Sequence record: OU343167.1
Length of the DNA: 64,000 nt
Direction: 5' to 3' (one strand)
The translations under genes and the position numbers were made by a program. This document shows, piece after piece, positions 31,223-43,135 of the stretch. Each line of letters begins with the position of its first letter. Position 1 is the stretch's first letter. The notes beneath the pieces were generated by a model. The model was not told the origin of the DNA. It saw only the letters and a program-made list of their open reading frames with translations, and searched no databases.

Positions 31223-32323
31223 ATGTCTTATCGTGGCCCTAAACTTAATCCTAATCAGCAATATTGGATTGAACGTTATGTTGAACTAGCTCTGCGGGCT
31301 GGTCAAGCCGGTTCCCCTTGGAAAGTACACCACTATATTCTCAATGAACAGGGTCTCAATACAGATAGCGAGAAGCTCCGCATCTATTATCCTTTTGGCG
31401 TTGATCGTGAAGAGTATATTAAAGAACGGATTGTCGAGATTAAGAAGAATGTCATTGAGACATTTAACCTTACTGCTTTTTCTATTAGTGGTGGTTGGGC
31501 ACTGCTTGATGAAGAAGGTATCCTCGGTTTCCTTATTGAGGGAATGGAAGGTTCAACTAGCCATGGCTTCACCATTTACTCCACTGAAGAATTTGCTCAG
31601 AAGTTCAAGGAACGTTTTGAGTCTGTATTCGATCAGACCAGACCTCCGAGCATCAAGCGCATTCGACTGAACCGTCAGAAGGATGAACTCTATGCATGGA
31701 GTGAGGTAATTGCTACGCGTGAATACAATGATAAGCTGATGGCAATGTATCCGTTCCTGACTCGTTCCCCAGCTGAAACATGGGAGGCATTCGCGGCATC
31801 CGATTCTAATATCCTCCTGTTGATTGGGCCTCCAGGCACGGGTAAGTCTACGTTTATTAACGAAATGGTTCGTGCACGTGGTTATGACGACCGTAACGTA
31901 TACTTGGCAGACCAAGACTCTGTACTGAGTCATGGTGATCTCACCAGCTTTATTCGTGGTGTCGAGGATAACTCGCTGATCATTACTGAAGACTCTGATA
32001 AGATGGTTGCCAAGCGCGAGGATGGTAACAGTAATATGGCCGGTCTGTTGAATGCTACTGCTGGTCTTGTGTCTACCAAAACCAAGATCATCATCTCTAC
32101 TAACCTCCCAACTCTTCGTGATGTTGACGAGGCTCTGATTCGTCCTGGACGTGCTTTCGATATCCTCACCTTTAAGACTCTTACGGCTGAACAAGCGAAC
32201 GATGCTCGTATTGCTAACGGTCTTGAACCTGTGGATTTCGTTGGTAATAACTTCACTCTGGCTGAAGCATTGAACACTGATGCAGCTAGTTCTCCCCGTA
32301 AAGCAAACCGTATTGGTTTCTAA
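31223..32323 (+). CDS. AAA+ ATPase
   Basis: Walker A GPPGTGKS, Walker B IITEDSD, sensor STN, SRH DEALIRPGR; ATG 31223 with AAGGA RBS. Confidence 0.88.
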   Translation: MSYRGPKLNPNQQYWIERYVELALRAGQAGSPWKVHHYILNEQGLNTDSEKLRIYYPFGVDREEYIKERIVEIKKNVIETFNLTAFSISGGWALLDEEGILGFLIEGMEGSTSHGFTIYSTEEFAQKFKERFESVFDQTRPPSIKRIRLNRQKDELYAWSEVIATREYNDKLMAMYPFLTRSPAETWEAFAASDSNILLLIGPPGTGKSTFINEMVRARGYDDRNVYLADQDSVLSHGDLTSFIRGVEDNSLIITEDSDKMVAKREDGNSNMAGLLNATAGLVSTKTKIIISTNLPTLRDVDEALIRPGRAFDILTFKTLTAEQANDARIANGLEPVDFVGNNFTLAEALNTDAASSPRKANRIGF

Positions 32324-32332
32324 GGAAAAAGA

Positions 32333-32797
32333 ATGGCACATTCAGAAGCGTTTGAAGACGCTTGGGATCAAGTGAAAGCAGCAGTAGGTGCTGTCCCTAT
32401 CGAACATCGAATAAAGATCATTGAAGCAGCTGTACGCAAACATAAAGAAACTCTCCGTGAGCGCTGCTGGATCGAAGATGATGAAGATGGTTTCACTGGA
32501 TGGCGTTGGGATAAGTATAATAAGACCCGCTACATTGTCTGTGCAGCTAACCGTTACAAAGACTACATTGTAACGGGTTCTCGCCATTACTGTGTATCCA
32601 TGAATGCGCAGATCGATCTTATCGGTATGGACGCACTCAGGGCATATGCAGCCGATGACTATGAACAAGGCTTCATTGATCAATACGGTGTCTTCTGGTC
32701 TCGGAGTGATGCACTGGAACACGTGAAGAAAACTGGCCAGTTGCGTTACCCTGAACATTGCACACGAGATGAGCTTTTCTCGGAAGGTTTGTACTAA
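32333..32797 (+). CDS. Conserved phage hypothetical protein
   Basis: IVCAAN..GSRH..EQGFIDQYG..LFSEGLY pattern recalled from many tailed phages. Confidence 0.65.
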   Translation: MAHSEAFEDAWDQVKAAVGAVPIEHRIKIIEAAVRKHKETLRERCWIEDDEDGFTGWRWDKYNKTRYIVCAANRYKDYIVTGSRHYCVSMNAQIDLIGMDALRAYAADDYEQGFIDQYGVFWSRSDALEHVKKTGQLRYPEHCTRDELFSEGLY

Positions 32798-33171
32798 TGC
32801 TCGTTGAAACTATCGACCTTATAGAAATCGTAAAGTCTTCTAATAAGAAAACCGTTGAATTGCATGATGCAATCGTAGGAGTACTGCGTGATCTACTCTA
32901 TGAAACCTCTAGCCTTAGAACTCGACTTAGATACCAGTCAAAGAGAGAGAGGCTCCTTGGGTTCGTAAATACATTGCTAAGCGTACTACATACAGACATC
33001 GACCTTTCCATTTGTCTGTACAGAGGGAAAACGGAATTACAGTTAGAGGCAGTTCGTACCAACGTCGCTACATTGAAGGAACACTTCCGTTCCACACTAG
33101 AAGGGGCTACTAATGTCGAAAAAGAAACAACGTCAACTCGTTACTGTCACCCTCAATGGCTTGGGTATTGA
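32797..33171 (+). CDS. Hypothetical protein
   Basis: TAATG coupling with upstream gene. Confidence 0.55.
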   Translation: MLVETIDLIEIVKSSNKKTVELHDAIVGVLRDLLYETSSLRTRLRYQSKRERLLGFVNTLLSVLHTDIDLSICLYRGKTELQLEAVRTNVATLKEHFRSTLEGATNVEKETTSTRYCHPQWLGY

Positions 33172-33535
33172 GCTTAAAGATGTAGAGCTCAAAAACATTG
33201 GTCGTGGTAAAGGTGACATGTTCGCCCATCTGGAAGAACGTAATGAACGTTGGACGATCATTCACACAGATAGTCCTGTACTGAATGAAATGGGTGATGA
33301 GCTAACCATTGAATTCAAACGTGGCGGAGATTTCCTTTTCTTGGAAGCTATTAATCCATCCGGACAGGGCTATGGTTTCGCTATTTCAAAAGCGGCTAAA
33401 ATCGTTTCTGCTGGAGCGCCTAAGTTCTTGCATATTGATCAGCTGCCAGACGGATTCGAATACCGTATGAACTGGAGTGGGAATTTCTTTGATGAATCTC
33501 GCTGCATTCAATCGATCGTAATTAAAAAGCAATGA
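33113..33535 (+). CDS. Hypothetical protein
   Basis: GAAGGGG RBS; 140 aa; overlaps upstream ORF end. Confidence 0.6.
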   Translation: MSKKKQRQLVTVTLNGLGIELKDVELKNIGRGKGDMFAHLEERNERWTIIHTDSPVLNEMGDELTIEFKRGGDFLFLEAINPSGQGYGFAISKAAKIVSAGAPKFLHIDQLPDGFEYRMNWSGNFFDESRCIQSIVIKKQ

Positions 33536-33606
33536 GGTCTTAACATGCCTATCTACAACCAAGTGTTTCCTGGCTTTATTAACATAGAGCCAAAGGAGGC
33601 ACTCTC

Positions 33607-33768
33607 ATGTCGCGTAGCAATCATTCCAAACACCAGCAGTCCAAAGAGTTCTGGAGCCGTCGTCCAATGCGCTATTTCACTTCCTGTAAATGGGCTAAAG
33701 TGAAATGCCATCGGATCGAACGAGCACAAGCCCGTGATCTGGTTAGGAAAGAAGTGGACAAGCTGTAA
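33607..33768 (+). CDS. Small basic protein (53 aa), missed by ORF track
   Basis: GGAGG RBS at about 33595; MSRSNHSKHQQSKEFWSRRPMRYFTSCKWAKVKCHRIERAQARDLVRKEVDKL; stop directly before a terminator. Confidence 0.7.
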   Translation: MSRSNHSKHQQSKEFWSRRPMRYFTSCKWAKVKCHRIERAQARDLVRKEVDKL

Positions 33769-33772
33769 CTAG

Positions 33773-33808
33773 AAAAGGGAGCTTCGGCTCCCCTTTTTAT
33801 TTCTTTTT
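33773..33808 (+). terminator. Intrinsic terminator GGGAGC-TTCG-GCTCCC plus T tracts
   Basis: UUCG hairpin with long T run. Confidence 0.85.
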
Positions 33809-33818
33809 GGAAATAGCG

Positions 33819-34556
33819 ATGAACCCATTGATCTTATTCTCGGGTGGATTAGATTCCACTTACATGCTCCAGCAGTATCTTCAGAAAGGTTCAGCGGATG
33901 TCATGTACATCAATGCTGGTCAAGACGAAGAAAAGATGAAGTTAGAACTCAGGCAACGACAAGTAATCCTTGAAAAGTTTTCTGAGTTCTACCCTTACAA
34001 AGTACAAGCGCAATATGAACGTCTGAAAAGTACCCAGTTACAAGGTGATAATACCAAATGGTCACAGGTTGCACCGTGGTTATTTGGGGCGCTGGCTATA
34101 GCTGATTCGGCTCGACATAGCAAGTTGATGATAGGGTATGTCAGTGATGATGGTGCCTACTTCGGATCACATCTACGGTACATCGAAGACGCTTGGTACA
34201 ATCTACAAAAGGTATCTTGCGTTAATGATCCTATTCCAATTGAGTTCCCTTTACTCGGCATGACGAAGGTCGATATTCTTCGTGATCTAGATAAGAGAGT
34301 ACTGAACGACATTTGGATATGTGAGACACCTACTAATGAAAAACATTGTGGCAAATGTAAGCCGTGTGTAACCATGACTCGTGTTCTTAGCGATTACAAA
34401 ATTCGACATAAGGAAACTGTATTTGCTACAGCTCGCAGAGCACTGATTCCACATAAGTTTCCAGTGGATAGATACCCAGGTCCGATGGATAAATATCACA
34501 ACCATTATGTCTTTAACATGGCTGGCCCAGATTACTACAAAATCCCGAGGCATTGA
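33819..34556 (+). CDS. QueC-like (7-cyano-7-deazaguanine synthase-like) PP-loop ATPase
   Basis: PP-loop FSGGLDS; Zn-binding CETP..HCGKCKPC; PLLGMTK. Confidence 0.8.
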   Translation: MNPLILFSGGLDSTYMLQQYLQKGSADVMYINAGQDEEKMKLELRQRQVILEKFSEFYPYKVQAQYERLKSTQLQGDNTKWSQVAPWLFGALAIADSARHSKLMIGYVSDDGAYFGSHLRYIEDAWYNLQKVSCVNDPIPIEFPLLGMTKVDILRDLDKRVLNDIWICETPTNEKHCGKCKPCVTMTRVLSDYKIRHKETVFATARRALIPHKFPVDRYPGPMDKYHNHYVFNMAGPDYYKIPRH

Positions 34557-34557
34557 A

Positions 34558-35034
34558 ATGACTGACAAGAACAAAGACGAATCCATTATTGTACTTAGTA
34601 CGAATGCATTCGAAGAACTGATGGCGTATGCGAGGATCGGCTGTGAAGAAGCTGGTTGTCCTGAGAAAGCAAACTCTCTGCACAAGCATGCACGTAAGCG
34701 CAACACTTGGCTGCGTGATAAACACATGCAAGATACTCAAGAGGCTCGTCGTAACTATGCTAACCTGAAACAACAGGTCAAGCAGTTCGTTGGTGCTCAT
34801 GGCGGCACTACTGTTTACATGCGTTATGACGAGTTCGTCGTTATCCCGGTTAAGGTACTTGCTGTCTATCTTCCTAACCGAGTTAAGATCCGTGTCAAAG
34901 AACATGGTTTCAATGGCCGCGAGCAATTGGTTGATCTGAACCAATTGACTATCACCAAACCGGCAGGCACATGGACACCGATGGAACTTGCCCAGCTTCA
35001 ATGGGATTCATCGAAGAGTCGCTATCGTGGCTAG
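34558..35034 (+). CDS. Hypothetical protein
   Basis: GAGG RBS before ATG 34558; follows QueC-like gene. Confidence 0.65.
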   Translation: MTDKNKDESIIVLSTNAFEELMAYARIGCEEAGCPEKANSLHKHARKRNTWLRDKHMQDTQEARRNYANLKQQVKQFVGAHGGTTVYMRYDEFVVIPVKVLAVYLPNRVKIRVKEHGFNGREQLVDLNQLTITKPAGTWTPMELAQLQWDSSKSRYRG

Positions 35035-35041
35035 GGGATAC

Positions 35042-35680
35042 ATGGCAATCGTAGGTTCTCGTAACGTACCCGAATGGATCCTTGAAGTAATGATCCGTCT
35101 TGGTCGTACACTCACGGACTACGGTTGGGCTATTAGCTCTGGCGACGCCTATGATTCTGATCGGGCTGGTTGGTATGGTGCAAAGCAGTCGCGTAAGTAT
35201 GGTGAGGTAGGTGCTAGGATATATCTCGCTAGTGGTACAGGTAGAAGCTTCTATCGTATTCGTGATAATGCTTTCTTTATGGATGCATCCCAGTTTACCG
35301 ATACATGGGCTACAGCTGAAAGTATGGCTGCTTGTGCTCGTGGTAGTTTTGGTGGGTTGAACGATTACGGTAAAGCTCTCCATACTCGGAACGTCTTCCA
35401 GATCCATGGTCATACTCTCGATGAGTTGGTCACTGGTATCTTCTATTATGCCGTCCCTAAGGGGAAGCGTGAGAATGAAGTGGTAGACGGCGGTACTAAC
35501 ACAGCAGTTCGCTTAAGTGTTAATGCTGGTGTTCCTATCCGTAAGAACCTGTACTACGATGATGACTTAAAATGGGTCATCAAGTTCCTAGATAAATACG
35601 AGCTTGATTATCCATACGAGCCGATTGACTGGACAGCTATCCATCATCCACAAGACCCGAGGATACTTGATTTTGAATAA
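35042..35680 (+). CDS. DprA/Smf-like SLOG-fold protein (short, Rossmann domain only)
   Basis: AIVGSRN, ISSGDAYDSD, ARN-like HTRNVFQIHG, GGTNTAV motifs; start uncertain (34988 possible). Confidence 0.7.
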   Translation: MAIVGSRNVPEWILEVMIRLGRTLTDYGWAISSGDAYDSDRAGWYGAKQSRKYGEVGARIYLASGTGRSFYRIRDNAFFMDASQFTDTWATAESMAACARGSFGGLNDYGKALHTRNVFQIHGHTLDELVTGIFYYAVPKGKRENEVVDGGTNTAVRLSVNAGVPIRKNLYYDDDLKWVIKFLDKYELDYPYEPIDWTAIHHPQDPRILDFE

Positions 35681-36065
35681 ACAAATAAAAGGCGTCATAT
35701 TCAAGAATTCCCCTATTGATCCGTTTGAGTTGTTTGCCGAACTCAAACGGAACACAGGGGAAACATACAAACTGGAAAAAATCAAAGGTACACTGGATTC
35801 AGCTAATGCGTCAGTTCAATGGCATCATGTTCATCAACGTCCATTGGATGAACAGATGATTTTGGCTAATATTGAATTGACTATAATTGAAGAAATCTTA
35901 CTAGGTAACGATGTAGAGGGTATGTATGAATGTTTGCTGCAACAAGCTATTTCGCTCGATGGGTCGGAACCGAAGAGCACTGTTTGTGGATGCTTCTCTT
36001 GTAGAAACGTTATCTTCGGAAAAAGAGCTCCCACCTATCAATTGGAGAAAAGCCGTGACAATTAA
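35673..36065 (+). CDS. Hypothetical protein
   Basis: Within ORF 35604-36065; start uncertain. Confidence 0.45.
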   Translation: MNKQIKGVIFKNSPIDPFELFAELKRNTGETYKLEKIKGTLDSANASVQWHHVHQRPLDEQMILANIELTIIEEILLGNDVEGMYECLLQQAISLDGSEPKSTVCGCFSCRNVIFGKRAPTYQLEKSRDN

Positions 36066-36234
36066 AGCATCTGAGGATTGGGTTCGTCGGAAACTCAAAC
36101 TGTCAATGAAAGGAGATGAAAATCCAATCATTGAACTCGCTGAGAAATATGAATTCCGTAAAGCAGAGTTTAATCCGGATCACCTCAAGAAACATTACTT
36201 TACCACTAACGGAGATTCCCATGCAGCGCAATAA
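35926..36234 (+). CDS. Hypothetical protein
   Basis: ORF track; start uncertain. Confidence 0.45.
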   Translation: MNVCCNKLFRSMGRNRRALFVDASLVETLSSEKELPPINWRKAVTIKASEDWVRRKLKLSMKGDENPIIELAEKYEFRKAEFNPDHLKKHYFTTNGDSHAAQ

Positions 36235-36427
36235 TGATCCGCAACAAATTATCATGTCCATCGAAGCATACAACAATCTTGTTGCTATGGCCGATACCTC
36301 GCCGCGTTATAGCACCAAACTGATTCGACGACATGTTCGAAAGATGAATCCTTTCCTGCAACCAGCACATCAGAAAGCGGTTAGAGAAGCGGAGATTATT
36401 CGCACGAAACGTATTAGGGAAGCATGA
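36221..36427 (+). CDS. Small hypothetical protein
   Basis: GGAG RBS before ATG near 36221, within ORF 36116-36427. Confidence 0.5.
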   Translation: MQRNNDPQQIIMSIEAYNNLVAMADTSPRYSTKLIRRHVRKMNPFLQPAHQKAVREAEIIRTKRIREA

Positions 36428-36469
36428 GCTTTCTTTGAAGCTAATCATGGTAAGACATTATACGCTGAA

Positions 36470-36799
36470 GTGGACATGGGCAATAGTAAGCAGGGCGATG
36501 ATCCCGTTTACTTCCCGTGTGTATCGGAGCGTATTGACACCAACCGTCAGCTCATCCGTATCCACCATGTTCTTGAAACTGGTAAGGCTATTCGCACCCG
36601 TAAAGTAACTGCCGATAGTCTGACTACTGTTCTCCCGGAAGGTTATGTTCAAGGCGTCATGCAGTTCCGTGAATACATGGTAAAAGAGAATGGTCCGTAT
36701 GACCTGCGTAAACAAGAGCAAGATCGTGCAGCTGCTCTGAAGCAATATGTCGCAACTCTGACTGATAAATCTGACGAAGAGACTCTGGTAGAGTGTTGA
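36470..36799 (+). CDS. Hypothetical protein
   Basis: 109-aa ORF in the + strand gene run. Confidence 0.6.
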   Translation: MDMGNSKQGDDPVYFPCVSERIDTNRQLIRIHHVLETGKAIRTRKVTADSLTTVLPEGYVQGVMQFREYMVKENGPYDLRKQEQDRAAALKQYVATLTDKSDEETLVEC

Positions 36800-36847
36800 T
36801 TTACTGACCATGTTAATAGTGTACGTCTCCAACAGGTAAATTAAAAA

Positions 36848-37492
36848 ATGACAGTTCTCTCTGATAAAACAATTCGTGAATACTGCGAAGGCACAATGGT
36901 CGGTGCACATGGTCCAATGATAGAACCATTTCACGGTTCGTCAGTGAAAGAAGATAGTCATGGAAAGCGTATCGCTTCCTATGGTCTGTCCTCTGGGGGT
37001 TATGATCTTCGAGCTGGTACTGAGTTTAAAGTATTCAAGTCTCTACCTAAGTTCACTCTTTGGCAACGTTTCAAAGCCTGGGTAACAGGTAAAGAACTTG
37101 AACACCCTGTACTGGATTACAAGAACATCAGCGCTGATCTGTTTGATACAGTCTACGGTGATAAAGTTGTAGTTCCCCCAGGTGGTTTCCTTCTGACTCA
37201 TTCGAAAGAGTATGTTCGAATGCCTCGGAATGTAATCGCAATGTGTATTGGTAAATCTACCATCGCGCGAGCTGGTTGGAACTGTCTGTGTACTCCGATC
37301 GAACCAGGTTGGGAAGGACATATCACGTTCGAGTTCCAGAACACTACTAATCGCCCTAACGTGTTCTATGCACATGAAGGTGTTTTGCAACTGGTGTTCC
37401 ATGATCTCGATCAAGATTGTGAAACTTCCTATGCAGATCGTGGTGGTAAATACATGAAACAGGCAGATAAGGTTATTCTGCCTCGGGTATAA
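36848..37492 (+). CDS. dcd: dCTP deaminase
   Basis: SYGLSSGGYDLR, GKSTIARAG, TPIEPGWEGHITFE, YADRGGKY. Confidence 0.93.
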   Translation: MTVLSDKTIREYCEGTMVGAHGPMIEPFHGSSVKEDSHGKRIASYGLSSGGYDLRAGTEFKVFKSLPKFTLWQRFKAWVTGKELEHPVLDYKNISADLFDTVYGDKVVVPPGGFLLTHSKEYVRMPRNVIAMCIGKSTIARAGWNCLCTPIEPGWEGHITFEFQNTTNRPNVFYAHEGVLQLVFHDLDQDCETSYADRGGKYMKQADKVILPRV

Positions 37493-37524
37493 TTTATTAA
37501 GGTGGTTTGGTTTACATTTAAGCC

Positions 37525-37545
37525 TTTTTAAAGGCTATATTACAA
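37525..37545 (+). promoter_or_regulatory. Putative early promoter GCTATATTAC
   Basis: Exact TATATTAC core in the intergenic gap upstream of 37582. Confidence 0.55.
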
Positions 37546-37581
37546 ATGTGAACTACAAACCACCAATAGGAGAATACAAGC

Positions 37582-38049
37582 ATGGCACGCGTTAAATTCA
37601 ACTCGCTTAAAGACCTTATTGCTGCTCAAGGTCCTATTGCAACTGTACCGGCACCCAAGAAAGAAAAGAAGAAGGCAGAGCCTGTAGCTGTACCTAAAAC
37701 TGTTCTTCCGATGCCTACAGTACCTAAGCGAGTGAAGAACAAGAAGAAAGATCCGGTACATCGTCCTGCACCTGAAAAGGAAATTCGCTACGCCCAAGTA
37801 ACGGATTTCCGCGTTAAACCCGAGGGGCAGAAAGAGGTCTCCAAGCCGGACCAATCTGGTTTGTCTGAACTGGGTCACTTTAAAAATAAACTTGATTGTC
37901 TCGGTCTTGAACTGTTTGGTTGTGAAGTTCGCAAGAAGAAAGAATTCGCCGATGAGTTCTTTAATGATGCAACTGAGACACCGACTCAACGGGCAATGAT
38001 CAAAGAGTTCCAAGATCTCTATGATTCTAAGTTCCGTGTAAAGGTTTAA
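37582..38049 (+). CDS. Lys/Pro-rich hypothetical protein
   Basis: AGGAG RBS; terminator GCTCCTACC-TTCG-GGTAGGAGC at 38058-38079. Confidence 0.75.
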   Translation: MARVKFNSLKDLIAAQGPIATVPAPKKEKKKAEPVAVPKTVLPMPTVPKRVKNKKKDPVHRPAPEKEIRYAQVTDFRVKPEGQKEVSKPDQSGLSELGHFKNKLDCLGLELFGCEVRKKKEFADEFFNDATETPTQRAMIKEFQDLYDSKFRVKV

Positions 38050-38140
38050 AACATAGTGCTCCTACCTTCGGGTAGGAGCATTTGCTTTCTTTTTATTTTT
38101 TCTCAGATCTACATTATCAAAATGTATAACTATCGGAGAT

Positions 38141-40736
<2,596 letters not shown>

Positions 40737-40754
40737 TTATCCTAGGAGATTACA

Positions 40755-41006
40755 ATGTTCGCGTCTATCAAAGAATGGTTCCGTAACCATGTTCGTTCTA
40801 TCCGGATTGCCAAGCTGGAAGAAAAACACCGTAAAGATGTTAAGGCTTTCCTTGACAAGATCGATAAATGGGGTCTGACTGTACGTAAAGGTCGTGTAGT
40901 TGGGAATGCTAAAGATATCAGCATTTCTAATGATGCCCGTGTAGAACTTGAGGTTGAATATAAGACCATCGTATGGGAACATCAGCAAGCGTTGAAAGCG
41001 CTGTAA
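40755..41006 (+). CDS. Small hypothetical protein
   Basis: AGGAG RBS. Confidence 0.7.
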   Translation: MFASIKEWFRNHVRSIRIAKLEEKHRKDVKAFLDKIDKWGLTVRKGRVVGNAKDISISNDARVELEVEYKTIVWEHQQALKAL

Positions 41007-41042
41007 GTTCCCCTTCCATTAGGGTCGGTCGAGGTCTCAATA

Positions 41043-41252
41043 ATGAAAAAGCTGCGATTGGTTAAAGTAATAGCTAAACGGGTTCTCTGGGTATTGACTT
41101 TTATTGCCCGAGTCCAGATAGTTGATCCCATCGTGAAAGCAAAAGCCCGGCGTGCTGGATTTTATAGTAACCCTGTAGATCGTTCGTTGGAATGGAAACT
41201 TGCAGATGCGAACTTCCATGCTGACTACAACCTTGCACGTGCAGTTAAATAA
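41043..41252 (+). CDS. Small hypothetical protein with hydrophobic segment
   Basis: GAGGT RBS; hairpin 41255-41280 follows. Confidence 0.6.
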   Translation: MKKLRLVKVIAKRVLWVLTFIARVQIVDPIVKAKARRAGFYSNPVDRSLEWKLADANFHADYNLARAVK

Positions 41253-41296
41253 AAATAGCCTGTCCATCGGGACAGGCTATATTCCGTGAGGTCCTG

Positions 41297-41785
41297 ATGA
41301 TTGGATTATTTAAGATGTGGCGGGGTTTCCGTCAAGTGCATTCACTACATCGTGAAGGTACACAAGCGATGTGGTTTAGACTACAAAGACTTGATCCTAA
41401 GCGGAAGTTGTTCAACCCTAATAAAATGAAAGAGTCTATTGCTCTGATTGACTTCTTGACTAATGTTAGTATTGGACTAGGTGATGAATTCACATGTTTC
41501 CTAATCGAGTCAATTGGAGATAATCGTAACTGCGACATTATTGCAAGAGAGCTCCGCGAATGGCATCGTAATACCGATGTATTGGCGAAGATTTTCTCGT
41601 TAGCCTATACGCAAGAAAATGCCGCAGCTCAAAGATATGCAATACTCTTAGCTAAAGAACTCTCGTCTTTTATGCCGGAAAATGTGTACCTATGGTATAG
41701 TCGAGTACGTTTTGCAGTTAGGAAACAATTGCATGAACTCGATAAGGGTAGACCAGAACCGTCACCCTGGGAAGCAAATTTGTAA
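41297..41785 (+). CDS. Hypothetical protein
   Basis: GAGGT RBS. Confidence 0.65.
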   Translation: MIGLFKMWRGFRQVHSLHREGTQAMWFRLQRLDPKRKLFNPNKMKESIALIDFLTNVSIGLGDEFTCFLIESIGDNRNCDIIARELREWHRNTDVLAKIFSLAYTQENAAAQRYAILLAKELSSFMPENVYLWYSRVRFAVRKQLHELDKGRPEPSPWEANL

Positions 41786-41871
41786 GCAACACCCTCAAAC
41801 CGAAATGGCATATTACTCCTTCCGGATAGGATGGGGTAATATGTTGTCTATGCTATTTAAAGGAAATAGGA

Positions 41872-42264
41872 ATGTACGATCATAAAGAAGCTATGGACAA
41901 TATGCATCAACGGATAGCTCTGCACAATGACTATTACATGGATGTCATTGTAGAAGGGATGAAGGTCATTGATGAGAACGGGGTAATCAAAACTATTCCT
42001 TTCTCTCGTAAACTAAAGCCACGTCGAAGCAGTATCTTCCTGAAGAAACGAATTGGGAAGAAACGTCATAAAAAGGAACAAGACCAAAATGACATCCTTA
42101 AATGGATCTATGATCTCAGGATGTATCTGGTCGAAGCAAATGGCGAAGATGAACGTGTAATCATTGACCAATTCAAAAACAAAATGAAGAGTGCCAACAA
42201 CATGTACTTTAAGGCGCCGTTAATGAATCATTACGTCGGTGTAGCGATGGGTGACACACTGTGA
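41872..42264 (+). CDS. Hypothetical protein
   Basis: AGGA RBS. Confidence 0.65.
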   Translation: MYDHKEAMDNMHQRIALHNDYYMDVIVEGMKVIDENGVIKTIPFSRKLKPRRSSIFLKKRIGKKRHKKEQDQNDILKWIYDLRMYLVEANGEDERVIIDQFKNKMKSANNMYFKAPLMNHYVGVAMGDTL

Positions 42265-42408
42265 GAGACATTCTTATTGTCGAATCAGGTAATCCAGGGC
42301 GCGCCTCAGCACTTACTCTAATTGGTTCCATGGTTTTTAAAGACACCACCATACAAAAATAATCCCAGCTTGAGCTGGGTACTATAATGAACTATCGAGG
42401 ACTCAGCT

Positions 42409-42759
42409 ATGCAAACACACATCGATTTATTTACGGTTTACAGAGGGAAGTTGAACTCCCTGTTTACAGAAGAATTGGATCTCACTCTACAACAGGCAAT
42501 AACACGAGTAGAGATCCTCTCCGATAATAAAGTTACAGACGAGTTTAATTGGTCTATCAGTCGGTCAAAAAATATAGATGGTTTGGTTGACACTATCTTT
42601 ATTGTTCCGCGTGATCAACAAGGTATTGTCGTTGCTTATATCGAACTTCAGTATGGTTCAAACCATTTTGAAACCTTTGTAAGTCCAAGTTATCGAACAC
42701 GGTTTATTTCCGTAACATTCGATTTGGAGGTTGATAATGGAACTAACTATACCGCTTAG
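42409..42759 (+). CDS. Hypothetical protein
   Basis: GAGGA RBS. Confidence 0.6.
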   Translation: MQTHIDLFTVYRGKLNSLFTEELDLTLQQAITRVEILSDNKVTDEFNWSISRSKNIDGLVDTIFIVPRDQQGIVVAYIELQYGSNHFETFVSPSYRTRFISVTFDLEVDNGTNYTA

Positions 42760-43069
42760 TTTAGACAATAACTTCGAGCATGTTATTTTTAAATATGGCG
42801 ATCTAACAGACTGTATATCGATACTAGACCGTAAAGGTAGGGTTGACAATACCTATTCCATTACAGTCGAGTTGGATGACTTGTTCGATGATGAATGGTT
42901 AGTTACAATTCAGGCTAAACCGAACTGCCGTCGCTTCCTAAAGTTCAAACGGTATTGGTTTAGATACAACTCAGCAACAGGTCGTTTTGCTGGCGATCCA
43001 TTCTTCATTGCCGGGTTAAGAAAACGTTTTATTCATATCAAAACACCATCTGGCATATCGCTTCCCTAA
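42737..43069 (+). CDS. Hypothetical protein
   Basis: GGAGGT RBS; stop embedded in hairpin 43060-43078. Confidence 0.6.
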   Translation: MELTIPLSLDNNFEHVIFKYGDLTDCISILDRKGRVDNTYSITVELDDLFDDEWLVTIQAKPNCRRFLKFKRYWFRYNSATGRFAGDPFFIAGLRKRFIHIKTPSGISLP

Positions 43070-43135
43070 GGGGAGGCTTTATGCCTTTTTTTATTTTCCT
43101 AACCAATCCTGTAGATTATTACAATCTGAGGATAT

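Noticed and set aside
33819-37492. A 7-deazaguanine or other DNA hypermodification cluster (QueC + dcd + thyA)
   Set aside because: No DpdA/QueD/QueE/FolE in the window, and ThyA retains the dUMP-specific Asn. It cannot be excluded outside the window.
42261-42362. 33-aa ORF (MRDILIVESGNPGRASALTLIGSMVFKDTTIQK) overlapping the upstream stop
   Set aside because: GTG start, very short and no recognisable motif; it could be a remnant but is not supportable.
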